Assembly (NCBI GenBank): GCA_001643675.2
Contig: LSRY02000030.1
Span: 124,001 to 188,000 of the forward strand
DNA: 64,000 bases
Direction: 5' to 3'
Source: Monocercomonoides exilis PA203
Lineage: Eukaryota > Protista > Preaxostyla
In this document: positions 36,001 through 47,788 of the stretch, in pieces
Numbering within the stretch: position 1 is the stretch's first letter
How the letters are laid out: the number at the start of each line of letters is the position of its first letter
Notes under the pieces: generated by a model
Database searches by the model: none
The model's input: only the letters and a program-made list of their open reading frames with translations
Told to the model about the DNA's origin: nothing
Made by a program: the position numbers and the translations under genes

Positions 36001-39000
36001 GAGGAAGAGCGTTGTTTGAGCAGATCAGATTTCAGCTTCCAATTTCTTTGGGAGAATCACAGGAGGCACTTGTGCATTGCTGCTCATCAGTTAGTTTTCT
36101 GGAACTGGTGGGGTGTGCATTTGGGGCAAAAGAAGAGAGTGGAGTGCCTCTGACGTATTGTCTGATATTGTCGTTGAGCGGAAGGGTTAATCTGACAAGA
36201 TGCACTTTGAGTAATCTTTTGGTGGGGATTGCGCCTTTTTGCTTTGGAAGAGAGTGTAAGGTGCTGATGAGCGGGATGATTGCACATGGAGTTACAATAG
36301 GCAAAGAATCGCTATTCCTTATTCCGCATGAGACTGATGAAGTTGTGGATGCATCTGTGCAAACATTTGTTGTGGAGCACAGTACATTTGAAGAAATACA
36401 CACTACTACAGGAACAGATACACCTGCTTTATTGTGTGTGGATCTCTGCAGAGAGCTTGATTTGGACAACTGCACTATCAAGGGTGCTGTTTCAGAAGGA
36501 AGCAAGGAAGGAGGAGGAATGAAGGTGAGGATGGGAAGAGGAGGATTTCTGAGAGCGAGGGGAGTGTCGGGTGAAAGTGTTTCGAAAATAAGTCTGTGCT
36601 CATGCTCAGAGACAATCGGAAAAGGAGGATTTTTGTGGTTGAGTTGCGAAGATGACAACCACAACTATCAGCTGAGCAATCTATTGTTTGAGATGAACAC
36701 AGCATCTGTGGGGAAGAATCTGTTTGTTCGATGCAGTGATTTGAATGAAACAACAACACGTGATAGATATGATCTGGATATGAGTTTGTGGGAAAGAACA
36801 GGAAACGAGTTTGTTGGGGAAGATATTAACCACGAGCTGTGGAATGAGACAGTGGACATGATGCATTTTCTGGAGCTGTACGGAAGTGATGTTGTGAGTG
36901 TGTCATGGACAAGAGGATACGATGTGAGGGGGTGTGGGAGTTCTTTGTTGGCGTGCCGCACATTCTTGGTGGGGCATAGCCATTGCACATCAAAAGGGTC
37001 TCCACAGAAGAAGATAATCCTTGAGAATTCTGCAACGATTGGGGAAGTGTATGATTTGTCCTCATTTTGCATCTGCTCAATGGGGCCAGACAAAGCGAGA
37101 GTGCAGTTTGAAGAAAAGATTAAGAAAGGGGAGATTGGAGAATGTGTGATGTTGAACACAAAAGAGATTGAATTTGAGTCTATCTTGTTTGTGCTTCCAT
37201 CCAGATTTGAAGGAAGCATGAATACCTTGATTTCATCAAAAGAACAAGAGGGGAAAGTTTGTCTGAGAAAGTGTGCATTTATAAACGAGACCTCAGCTTT
37301 ATTTTCGTTCCACATTGCGAGAATTGGAGAGGGTGTTTTGAGTGTTGTTGAATGCAACATGGGTGAGATCGGATTTTGTGTTTCGCCATTTGTTTTGGGA
37401 GATGGAACAGCATCATCATTCGAATCGCTTGTTGTGGAAAAGGTTAAGCTGAGTGATGAACCACTTCTGAAGATTGTGCACACAGAAAATGGACATCTAC
37501 CGTGGACTCGGCGAAATACACAGCGTGGATCAATTGCCATGAGTGGATGTATCTTTCATGATGTTTTGAAGGAAGGAGGGAATTCGGCAGGAATTCTGAG
37601 CAGCTTGTCTGGAATGTCAATCAAGATTGAGGGATGTGAATTTGAGAGAGTTATTTCGAGAGAGAGCATCAGTGGAGGGTGCTTGAATGTTGTTGTTGGG
37701 AGAGGTGGCTGTTTGCAGATGAATGGAAGCGTGACTGGGTTTGAATGCGAGTGTGAAAGCAGCAGAAGCGGGAGAGGAGGATTTGTGTTTATCGAAAGCA
37801 GAGAGGATGAGGATGGATTGAGCTTGGAGGGGTTGAGATTCAGAGATAACAAAGCACATTCTGGAAGAGACATGTATGTTATGTGCCAGGATCTGGTGGA
37901 ATCTGTGAGCAGCATCACATTTGCGTTCGCACTGGAGATTGAAGAGGAGAAAAGAGGAAACTCGCTGGTTGGGAGGGACGAAAGGAGGTTCAGAGAAGAA
38001 GAGGATTTGTTCATGTTGATCACAGGATACTTTGGAGCGAATGTGATTGTGAGCGAGAAAAGAGGAGTTGACAATGCCGGGTGCGGGAAGGCAGTGCTTC
38101 CTTGTTGCTCGGTTGACTGGGGAGCTTCGCACTTGAACCGAGTTGGGGAGCAGCAAGTTGTGATTGAAGAAGAGGGATGTGTTAATGGGGAAGTGGAACT
38201 AACGAGTGTGATTGTGGAGGCAGCGAATGAAAGAGGATGTGCGATGAATGTGAACGGATCGGTGAGCGGAGAGAGTGTGGTTGTGATGATCACACGAGGA
38301 TGCACTTTTAAGTTTGTGGGGTTTGTTCTTCCTGGGAAGTTTGTGAATGGCTACAGAGTTGTTGTTGAAGGAGCAGGGGAGATGGAAGTTCTGGTGCTGT
38401 TGGAGTGTTCATTCAGGCAGGAGGAGATGAAGAAATTGGAAGTTGTTGTTATAAGTGTGAGAGAAGGAGGTCTTTCGATGGAAATGTGTTTGATTCAGTC
38501 GATATGTTCTGCAATGCCATTGATTGTGGTGCCTTCAATTTCGATAAACAGGGAACAAAATTCGAGAATAATATGTGTGAGAAATAGTTTGTTTGAGGGA
38601 GTGGAAGGGCAGGGGAACAACGCAAGTGTGATGGGGTTAATGCTCGATGGAAAGATTGCTGCGAAAGTGGAGAACTGCACAGTGAGTGAGTGCGGTGGGG
38701 AGTGGAGCAACTGTGGAGGAGGTGCGTTTGTAACAGTGCCAGTTGAAGGAGAATATGTGGTGAATAACACAAAGGTGGAAAAGTGTTGGACAGAGAGAGG
38801 GAAGGGAGGAGGGATGTATCTGGATTGTGTGTCAAAGGAGAAGAAGCTGGCAGGGTTTTGCTTCATGGATGTGGTGTTTAAGGAGAACAGGGCTATGATT
38901 GGTCGAGATGTGTTTATTCGCTGCAACTCAATATCTGAACAGATCAGCGAAAAGCAGTTTCAGATTGATTTTAGGGAGCCAGGGTTTGAGAGAATGAATG

Positions 39001-42000
39001 CTGTTTGGGGGGTTGAAGCGAAGGATGGGGCAGAGGATGTTGATCTGATTCCATATGTTGTTGTGTATAGAAGCGAGGTTATTTTTGTGCGTGGAGAGAT
39101 GGGAGAAGCAGGAGATATGAAAACATGTGGGAGCAGAAATTCACCGTGCGAAACTCTCGAATACGGACTGTCACATGTGATTGGGACGAGTTACAGCCAA
39201 CTGCTGATTGATGGGTGGGCAAGGGTGAAAAGAAGTGGGAAGGCTGAGAGTGTGAGGGTGAGCAGTTTGAGTTTGGAAGAAAATGGGCGTGTAGTGCTGA
39301 ATGAGAGTGTGGAAGAAGAGTGGGGAGAGTCCGGGGTTGTGGAGTGTTGGGAGAGTGTTGTGGTGGAGCGGGTGAGCATCGAGGTGGGGAGCCTGTTTAA
39401 ATGGAAAGGGGAGTCAATACTGAGTGTGAGATCTGGGACTTTGAGTGTGATCCTGTGTGAAATGTGTGGGGCTTTGATGAATGAAGCGATGAGTAACAGC
39501 TTAATTGAGAACAAGGGAGGCATCCTTCATTTGACTTCTTCATCAATACATTCCCTGATGCTGAGCCAACCATTGATTGCGTCATGCAACCAGACATTCA
39601 ACGATGTTGGAAATGTGACGATGGAAAAGGTCAGCACGAGTGATGTTGTGTGTGCATGTTGTGGATGTAAGATGAGATGGAGAAGCGTGGTGATTAGAGA
39701 TATCAGCGGGGGAGGAGTGGTGAGTCTGAGCGAAGCTGAGTTTGAGGGAAATGATGTGAGAATGGAAAGAATGAGCTTGGAGCAGTCTGGGATAGTATTT
39801 GACTGGAGAACAAAGATTGAATTGTTCTCGCTCACGGTTGAAGCAGTGTTTTTTGAGAAAGGATCAATGATTGAAGCGTTGGAGATTGAATGCGAAAACT
39901 TTGTTTGTGCAAACAGTGAAATATGTTGTCTAAGTGTTGTTTTAGCAACGTTCAGAAATGTGTCAACAAATGCAAGGCAGAGCTCTGTGATGAGTCTTCG
40001 CGCCACAGAATCCAATGATTTTGGAGTGGAGGTGTGCAATAGCTCGTTCAGTTACTGTTCTTCTGCTTCCATCAAAGGTGAAGTGGTTGGGATTTGGATG
40101 ATGCAAAACACGAAATTAGAGAATTGCATATTCAGCTTGGATGGAAGTTTTGAGGAGAATAAAACAAAGAGGATGAATTTTGAAAAAGAGAAGAAAGAAG
40201 GATTGTGCAAATGGAATGGATCATTAGTTGGTGTTGAGAAGAGCAAAGTGGAGATGAGGGAAACAACGATTATGAAGAGCAAGAGAGGTGGGTTGTGGGT
40301 GAGTGGAGGGAATGTGAAGATTGAAAATGGAAAGTTTGAGAACAACAACCCATCAATTGAGGGATATCCATCAGCTCGAAGGAATGCGATTTGTGAAGGG
40401 AATGGGGAGTTGAATGTTGTGAGTGTGAAAGGGGGAGATGGATGGGAAAGAAACACATCATTGTGGATATTGGATGAGGGATGCGAATTGGGAGGGATAG
40501 CTTCAGAAAGAGGATCATCATTTTTCATCCCCATTTTGGAAGAGGTGAAGAATATTTCTCAGCCAAATGGGAATTTGGAGTTGATGATTGTGGGGAAGCT
40601 GCTTCTGCCATGTGATTTGTCGGTGAAGATGAGCATGAAAAATGGGAATGAGGAGGAAATAGTGAGAAAGGGGATTGAAGAAGAAGGGTTTGTGTCAGAG
40701 AATGAGATTCACACATTCATTTCATGTTCAGAATGGGAGAAAGTGAGAGAAGAGACAGAAGTGAGTGTGTGGATTGTGTTTGGGAAAGGAGATTCACCTT
40801 CATCAACAGAGTCATTCATTGTGAAGAACAGGAGTGAAAGTGTTGTAGAAGGAGATGAAAGGATCGTTGAAGGAGGGAAAGAAGGAAAGTCTTATTGGCT
40901 GCTGATTATTATTGTGTTGGTTGTTGTATTATTCATTGTTCTGATTGTATCTGTTATTGTCACAATTCGTTGGAGAAAGGCAAAGAATGAAGCAAAAGAC
41001 TTGAGAGAGATTGTGAATGACACAGTGAGGAAGGATCCGAAGGCGTTTGAGATGGTTACGATGGAGATGTCGCCAGAGGAGCAGTGGAGGAGAGCAGAGA
41101 GAGAGGCAGAGAAGAAGAACGAAGAGAGGATAAAGAGGAGGGTGTATGATTCGAATATGGAACATTCAGAGTCATCTGAGCATCTTCTGTCAGAGAGTGG
41201 ATCAACCGAATATATATTGGGAAGAGACTCAGACAAGATTCCTCAATGGATGCTGGAGAAAGAAGACGAAGAAGAGACAAGAAAGCGAACACCTTCTCCA
41301 TCTATCTCATCCATTTCAACAACTGATTCAGATTCATCATTTGTTCGAACAGAGAGTCTGTGCTTAACCACATCATCGATGTCGAATCTGGTGGATGCAA
41401 TGGACTGTTCATCTCCTCATGAGAAGCTGATTGTTGACTTGAGGGATTCACTATTCATGTTGTTGCATGGGCTGAACAAGACAAAGGAGATGGCGATAGG
41501 CACTCTTCAGGAGAGAGAGCAAACAGCTGCCCAAATTCTTTTTTGGGTTGCGAATCTCGCACTCCACTCATTTGATGAAATGGAAAATCCACTTCAGTCA
41601 CTTTCCAATCTCAGCCCACACATTGTTCTGTTCTCTGAGCACATGGTCATTTGTATTGTGATGCACTCCGACTTTTCTTCAGATTCAGACTCATCCTCAA
41701 CCTCGTCATCGACCGTTGTGACATCTGCCAGTGATGATGATGATGATGATGATGATTCTCTGCCCTCTTCAGCGCTTGAGGATGATGAATACAACAGAAA
41801 AGAGTGTTTGAGGTGGAAGGCACCTGAGCTGCTGATCAACAAGAAAATGGGAGCAACAAAAGAATCAGTGGTATTCTCGATTGGGATGATGCTGTGGGAG
41901 TGCTTGACTCTGGAGATCCCGTTTGGGGAGTATGAAGGAGAAGTGGCAGGGCAGAAGATTGTGAATGGGGAGAGGCCAAATATGGAGATGATAAGAGGAA

Positions 42001-42314
42001 GCCGGTTGGAAAGGATGACAAAGGCGATGATATCTCACTCCCCAAGCTCGCGAATCACACTGGCAGATGTGAAAAAGGGGTTGTTTGAGTTGTTTCCGTT
42101 GGAGTCGAAAATGGTGACGATTTCGGATGCAATTGAGATTTATGGAACGAAAGAAGGGGAATATGAATGTGGAGAAGCTGGAGATGGGAATGATGATGGG
42201 GACAGGCATAGACAACAAAGACGCAGCACAGTCGCAGAAACAGAAACAGAAGAAGATCAATCAGCAGAAGCAAGATCAGAAGAAAAAGAGATCAGAGTTT
42301 CATTTTTCCAATAA
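33007..42314 (+). CDS. Large type-I membrane protein of about 3,074 aa: Cys-rich repeated beta-helix-like (GGAI/FxxN) ectodomain, one TM helix, cytoplasmic degenerate TKL-like kinase domain
   Basis: Exons 33007-33975 and 34059-42314; the 83-nt GT..AG intron joins ORFs 32866..34116 and 34113..42314 in phase 0. Signal-peptide-like start MRVVNAIAIVALLLNSLLMA. FIGNSAFHMGGAI and FERNSANKGGAIHF repeats. Five CG-x(4-6)-C motifs about 350-385 aa apart. TM YWLLIIIVLVVVLFIVLIVSVIVTI (about 40893-40967) followed by RWRK. C-lobe motifs RWKAPELL, VFSIGMMLWECLTLEIPF and GERP..RITL. The tail (KDPKAFEMVTMEMSPEEQWRRAEREAEKKNEER..) resembles the expanded receptor-kinase-like family I recall from Monocercomonoides exilis. 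Start codon choice is inferred. Confidence 0.88.
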
Positions 42315-43066
42315 AAAGAGCAATCAACACACTCATTGATATTTAATGACGTTTTATTCAATTGATTGAACAGGATCAACTCAGATATTTTCAACAGTCA
42401 GAAAGCATGTCACAAGAATGGAAGGCTGCATTGAACGAAATTAAATAAAGAAATTCAAATCAAAAATGGGAATTCAAATATTGTGAGTTGGCTGCAAAAG
42501 AGTGAAAACGAAACTATTAATGTTTGTTTTTCTGAGAGGATATTGTTCATCTGTTGTGTATTGTGCAGATCGGTATTTGAAAAGAATGTGCTTATGTTTT
42601 CTGTTTTCGGACATGTTTTGATTTGAACTTGTTTGTTTTTATTGAGTTTTATTTTTTTGTTATTCAGACCATTTTGTTATTCCTTTTTAAATATGTTTTG
42701 AAAAATTCATAATTGTGATTATTTGTTTTCACAAATTGTGAGCAACTGCTTCTCAACGAGAAAGCACAGCAAACAATGTTTCAGCTTTATTTTTTGACAT
42801 TCTGAACATTCATTTCACTTATTTTTTTTTTATTATAACTTCACATCAACGAAATAAAGAACATGGAAGGAAACAATATGGAAACAAAAGAGTTATGTTT
42901 GTTTATGATGAATGAATAAATCAAAGAATAATCATCAAACAAATGTTATATTTGTTTTTTGGGAAAAATATTGCACTTCATGCTTTTTTAACGAAAAATT
43001 ATGCACTTTTAATTGACTTTTTGTGACGTAAAATAGTTATGAGATGGGTTCTTTTTTTGAAAAATA

Positions 43067-44059
43067 CACCAAAAATTATTCAAGATCGAAAAACTTTAAT
43101 TCGAAATCGAAAAAGTTTAAAACAACATCGAAAAACTTTAATTCAACATCGAAAATTATTATTCAAAATCGAAAAAGTTTAATTCAACATCGAAATTAAT
43201 TATTCAAAATCGGAAAACTTTAATTCGAAATCGAAAAAGTTTAATTCGAAATCGAAAATATTTAATTCAACATCGAAAAAGTTTAATTCGAAATCGAAAA
43301 TAAAGATAATTTGTTCAGAATTTCAATTCAAATCAAAACAAAGGAAATTTCATAGACACTAATGTTGATATTTGCAAAAGTTTATTAATTGGAAATGTTT
43401 ATTTTTCATTTTTTATTAGTGTTTTCTATGATAAAGACTGAAATCAATTGATTATTTTCTCATTTTGAAGATTGAAAATTATATATTTTATCAGTTTCCA
43501 ATTCAATAAATGAAACACAAAACATTTTATTTTCGGCAAATGAAATGAATATTTGTATTTTTGTGCACAAAGCAAGATCATGAACTATCCTATCACTTTT
43601 GTTTTTTCTTGAATTCCTTGTAATCTCCTGAACACATGTGAAAAGTTTAATTATCACTCAGTTTTATCCTATTTCCACTATATCACACAACATATCACCA
43701 AAAAAACCTCAAAAAATATATATCAAATTGAAATTGACAAATTTCTCAGATCAATAACAGAAAGAAATAAAACTGACATTATTTTGAATTTTGAAAAAAT
43801 TTTCAAATTCTTTGATGATAAAGAATTTTCGATGTTGAATTAAATATTTTCGATTTCGAATTAAACTTTTTCGATTTCGAATTAAAGTTTTCCGATTTTG
43901 AATAATTAATTTCGATGTTGAATTAAACTTTTTCGATTTTGAATAATAATTTTCGATGTTGAATTAAAGTTTTTCGATGTTGTTTTAAACTTTTTCGATT
44001 TCGAATTAAAGTTTTTCGATCTTGAATTAAACTTTTTCGATGTTGAATAATTTTTGGTG
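43067..44059. mobile_element. 993 bp non-autonomous element with CACC..GGTG termini, TA flanks and 234-bp arms made of 21-bp tandem repeats (foldback/CMC-like)
   Basis: TA|CACCAAAAATTATTCAA.. at 43067 and ..TTGAATAATTTTTGGTG|TA at 44059. Arms 43067-43300 and 43826-44059 each hold about 11 units of consensus TCGAAAAAGTTTAATTCAACA. 43078-43279 reads as an exact reverse complement of 43826-44027. Confidence 0.88.
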
Positions 44060-46120
44060 TATGTGATATCACAAAACATTATGTTATTATGCCAATGAAG
44101 CACGTTTCCGTGTGAAAAATCAAACATTTTTTGAAATTTGTGAAAGTTTTTCAAAGATATGAAATTTTCAACTTAAAAAATTTAAACTTAAAAAGCTCGA
44201 AAAATTGCATTTTCTCCAACACTATTTCTGTATTCTGTTTGGCAAGCCAGTGAATGGTCAGATTTTGAAAAATTTCCTCCTTATGATTAGCTTCCTTTTT
44301 TCTTTAAAAAAAACTTTGTGATGAAATGTTTTTTACTGGATAAATATAGTTTATCAAGTCTTGATTGTTCTTTTCATTCAAAGTTTTTTCAAACTAATCA
44401 AAAGAAATTTGAAAAAACAAACATTTTCTGATTCAGTTAATTTTAACAGAAAAGTTACACATAATAATTCTTCTCCCTTCGATCAAAGAAAGAAGACATT
44501 TCATTTCACTCGAAGAATAACGCTGCTTGCTTCAAATTGACTCATCCGTTTCTCGAGCAGACCCAACAATCTGGCTGGAGTTCAAAAAAATGTGGATATT
44601 GTTGCATTGGTTCATCAAAGTGCAAATATCTTCAAACATCTTTATTTAGGTGCATTTTTCTGTTCTGAAATCAGAGATGAGATTTCAAAACGAAGAACCT
44701 TCATCTAAATCTTCAACTAAAATTAGATCAGCTTTTGGAGAAGATGAACCGCAATTTATTCATTCGTCACTTTAACGTTCAGCCATTTTTAGAACATTCA
44801 AATGAAGCTGCGTGCTAAATGACTCGTCGGGGCCGGTTCCGAGAGCTCCCTCAATCATAGACATATACTCTTCCTTTTCATGAAAATCTATTTGTTTTCG
44901 AATGCAAAGAAATAACAGAAGAAAAGTTGCCAAATTAGTATGACGATTGAAAACTCGGAAAATTATTGAAAAAGGTATCGGCAAATGTGTATGATACGAC
45001 CAGTGAAAAATTCATATCATAACGATTTCTTTTTCTTGTTCCTTCCATATCAATCATATGTACAATGAAGATACAGTTAATTTTTATCATCAGTTTTTGC
45101 AAAGAAAGAAACTTTTTATTTTTTCAATTTTTGAATTATAATAAAAAAACTATTTTCGTATTGAAGCCCTAATATCTAAATAAATGAAGTTTAAATGAAA
45201 TATCATTTAGGATAAACCCTAATTCATAGAGTTATGTTGTCAAAATTAGTTAATAGCTTTTCAAAAAACCAAACAAAAAACATGATATAATAATATGATG
45301 GGCTTAATCGAAGATTTTAATATCTTTAAGATTTATAAAGTTAGTAGATAAATTTATTTTTGAATAGAATTTAATAGCCGATCTTAATTAATGAGTTCGT
45401 TAAGCTCAGTTTCGATACAGTTTTAGGTGTTTTCAAGAAAAAAATCATTACTGACCGTATTATCCCCCTTTGCCAAGGTTTCAATAAAGAACAAACGAAA
45501 ATTGAAGAAAACGTTGAAAAGAAAAAACAAAATTCTTCAGTTTGGAAACGAAATGAAGAATGAATCACCAAGTGAAATAATATGGGGGAAAATATTGACT
45601 TTCAAGCTTTTTTCGCACAGGGCATTAAAAAATAGCTTCACTCATAACTTTATTTCACTTTCTCGGATTTCAAAATTAATTTGATTTTCATATCTGCAAA
45701 CAGGCATCGTTGAAATCAAAACAATAAGTTCTCCAACATTTCACGAATGATATAAAATGGACCTATTTTTATTGTATTTTTGTTCTCAAAAAGTCAATGA
45801 TAAGTACATTATTTTTCAATGAAAATGCCTGAAGCTAAATATTTTGCCCCATATGAAGTGTGAAAAAAAAAGTCAAACACAAACATGAATTTAGTTTTAA
45901 ATTTTTCTATATTTTTCTAATTTTTATGTCTTTTAACGAGAATTAGTGTTTTTTACAAAAAGTGAAAGTGGGCTCAAACAATAATCAGAATTTTTAATTT
46001 TTGACTTAATATATGACATTGAAAGTTGTATCCGAATTATCACTGATTTTTGACCAACCAAAACATAGATTTCCAATTTTCTTTGTAATCAAAAGTATTT
46101 ATTAAGAAATGCAACAAAAA

Positions 46121-46219
46121 AATAAATAAATAAATAAAAATAAATAAATAAATAAATAAAAATAATAAAAATAAAAATAAAAATAAAATAAATAAAAAAT
46201 AAAAAATAAAAAATAAATA
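46121..46219. repeat. Degenerate (TAAA)n / A-rich microsatellite, left flank of the MITE
   Basis: Run of TAAA, TAAAA and TAAAAA units directly abutting the left TIR. Confidence 0.85.
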
Positions 46220-47184
46220 GGGTCAGAAATTTATCGGTACCCAAAAAATTAATCGGGACCTAAATTTTCTGGCTCACAGGAGCACTTTTAGAAAAAAATA
46301 AATAACAGAAAATTATTAATATATTATTATAAGCTATTCCTGAAAATATTTTTTCATATTTTTATTTTAGTGAAAAGATCTGGTGTTTTTTGTTTTATTT
46401 TTCAGATCAAAGACTTGCTCATATTTTCACGAGCTTTTTGTTCTGAGATTTTTAAGTGTTGTTATTGTAAATTAACTGAACTTATTAATGCTTTTGGTTA
46501 TTTTTCATTGTTAAACACTTCGTTTTTTTATTATTTTTTCCATTTCACCAAATTTCGAAAAATTGATAAATACATTTGAATAAATAAGTTTTTTCGTTAA
46601 TTCAAAAGGGAAAATATGAAAACAATCAATTAACAAAGGTATTTAAAAGGATGAAAATCTTTAATTTTTAATGATCGAGATTTTTTTTCAAAAAAACATG
46701 TTTTTATGTATTTTAGCATTTTTTGCTTCAAATCACATTCTTTCATTTCAAAATCTTTGTAACGCACATAACAATCATTTTTTCAACTTTTCTTTAACAC
46801 GAAAAACCATGACAATTTCAAACTCTGCTATTGTTTCTAATTTTGTCAAAAAATCATGAAATGGAAAAAATAATAAAAAAACGAAGTGTTTAATAATATA
46901 AAATAACCAAAATTGTAAAGAAGTTAAGTTTGTTAACAATGATATAACTCAAAACACTCAAAACAAAAAGCTCGTGAAAATATGAGCAAGTCTTTGATCA
47001 GAAAAATAAAACAAAAAATACCAGATCTTTTTTCTAAAATTGAAAAAATAAAAAATATTTTCAGAAATAGTATATAAAAGTTTAAAAAAGGTTTCCTATT
47101 ATTTATTTTTTACTGAAAGTGCTCCTGTGAGCCAGAAAATTTAGGTCCCGATAAAAAAAAGGGGATATGATAAATTACTGACCC
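46220..47184. mobile_element. 965 bp MITE with about 330-bp TIRs (GGGTCAG..CTGACCC), TA TSD, inserted in a (TAAA)n tract
   Basis: The left arm 46220 to about 46547 (GGGTCAGAAATTTATC..ATCGGGACCTAAATTTTCTGGCTCACAGGAGCACTTT..GATCAAAGACTTGCTCATATTTTCACGAGCTTTTTGTT..AAACACTTCGTTTTTTTATTATTTTTTCCATTTCA) is mirrored at about 46857-47184. TA at 46218-46219 and 47185-47186. No ORF. Confidence 0.9.
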
Positions 47185-47235
<51 letters not shown>

Positions 47236-47240
47236 ATGAA

Positions 47241-47311
<71 letters not shown>

Positions 47312-47313
47312 AT
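47185..47313. repeat. (TAAA)n microsatellite, about 32 units
   Basis: Near-perfect TAAA tandem with one TGAA variant, directly abutting the right TIR. It generates the spurious FIYL-repeat ORFs in the track. Confidence 0.97.
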
Positions 47314-47788
47314 TTGTACCAGCTTTTTGGTTTTAAAAAAAACAAAAATAGCCAATATCTTAAAAAGTTACAAAAAAACACTAATAAATTTTTGAATTTA
47401 ATTATGTTTTCAACTGTTTTTGTGAAATTCAACTTTTAAATACAATTATTTCAGCAAACAGAAATTACTATGAGTTCATCTCTTTTAAATTTTCATTGTA
47501 ATTTGAATTTTTGTCTTGAACAATGAAATGATTGAACAAGGAATTGAAAAAAAATTTTTTGTGTGAGTTGAAAATGATATGAAAGTTTATTAAAACATAT
47601 CTAGTGTTATTTTCTTTCAGAAAATTCATTTCTCATACCCGAAATAATTCAAAAATTCAATTATTCATCCTCAATAATTTTGAATTTGTTTCTTTTTCGG
47701 AAATGTTCATTTGAACTCTTTTTCATGATCGGCTCACAAACCATTAATCCGAGCATCAAAGATTTAAACGCAATTGCTTTTTGAACAA

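Noticed and set aside
43067-43300. Regularly spaced repeats resembling a CRISPR array
   Set aside because: Head-to-tail 21-bp units without unique spacers, mirrored in inverted orientation, in a eukaryotic context with no cas genes.
44480-45060. Slightly GC-richer minus-strand segment with ORF 44772..44984
   Set aside because: Attempted splicing gives stops and no family is recognisable; possibly a pseudogene remnant but unsupported.
47110-47432. ORFs with FIYL repeats
   Set aside because: Translation of the (TAAA)n microsatellite.
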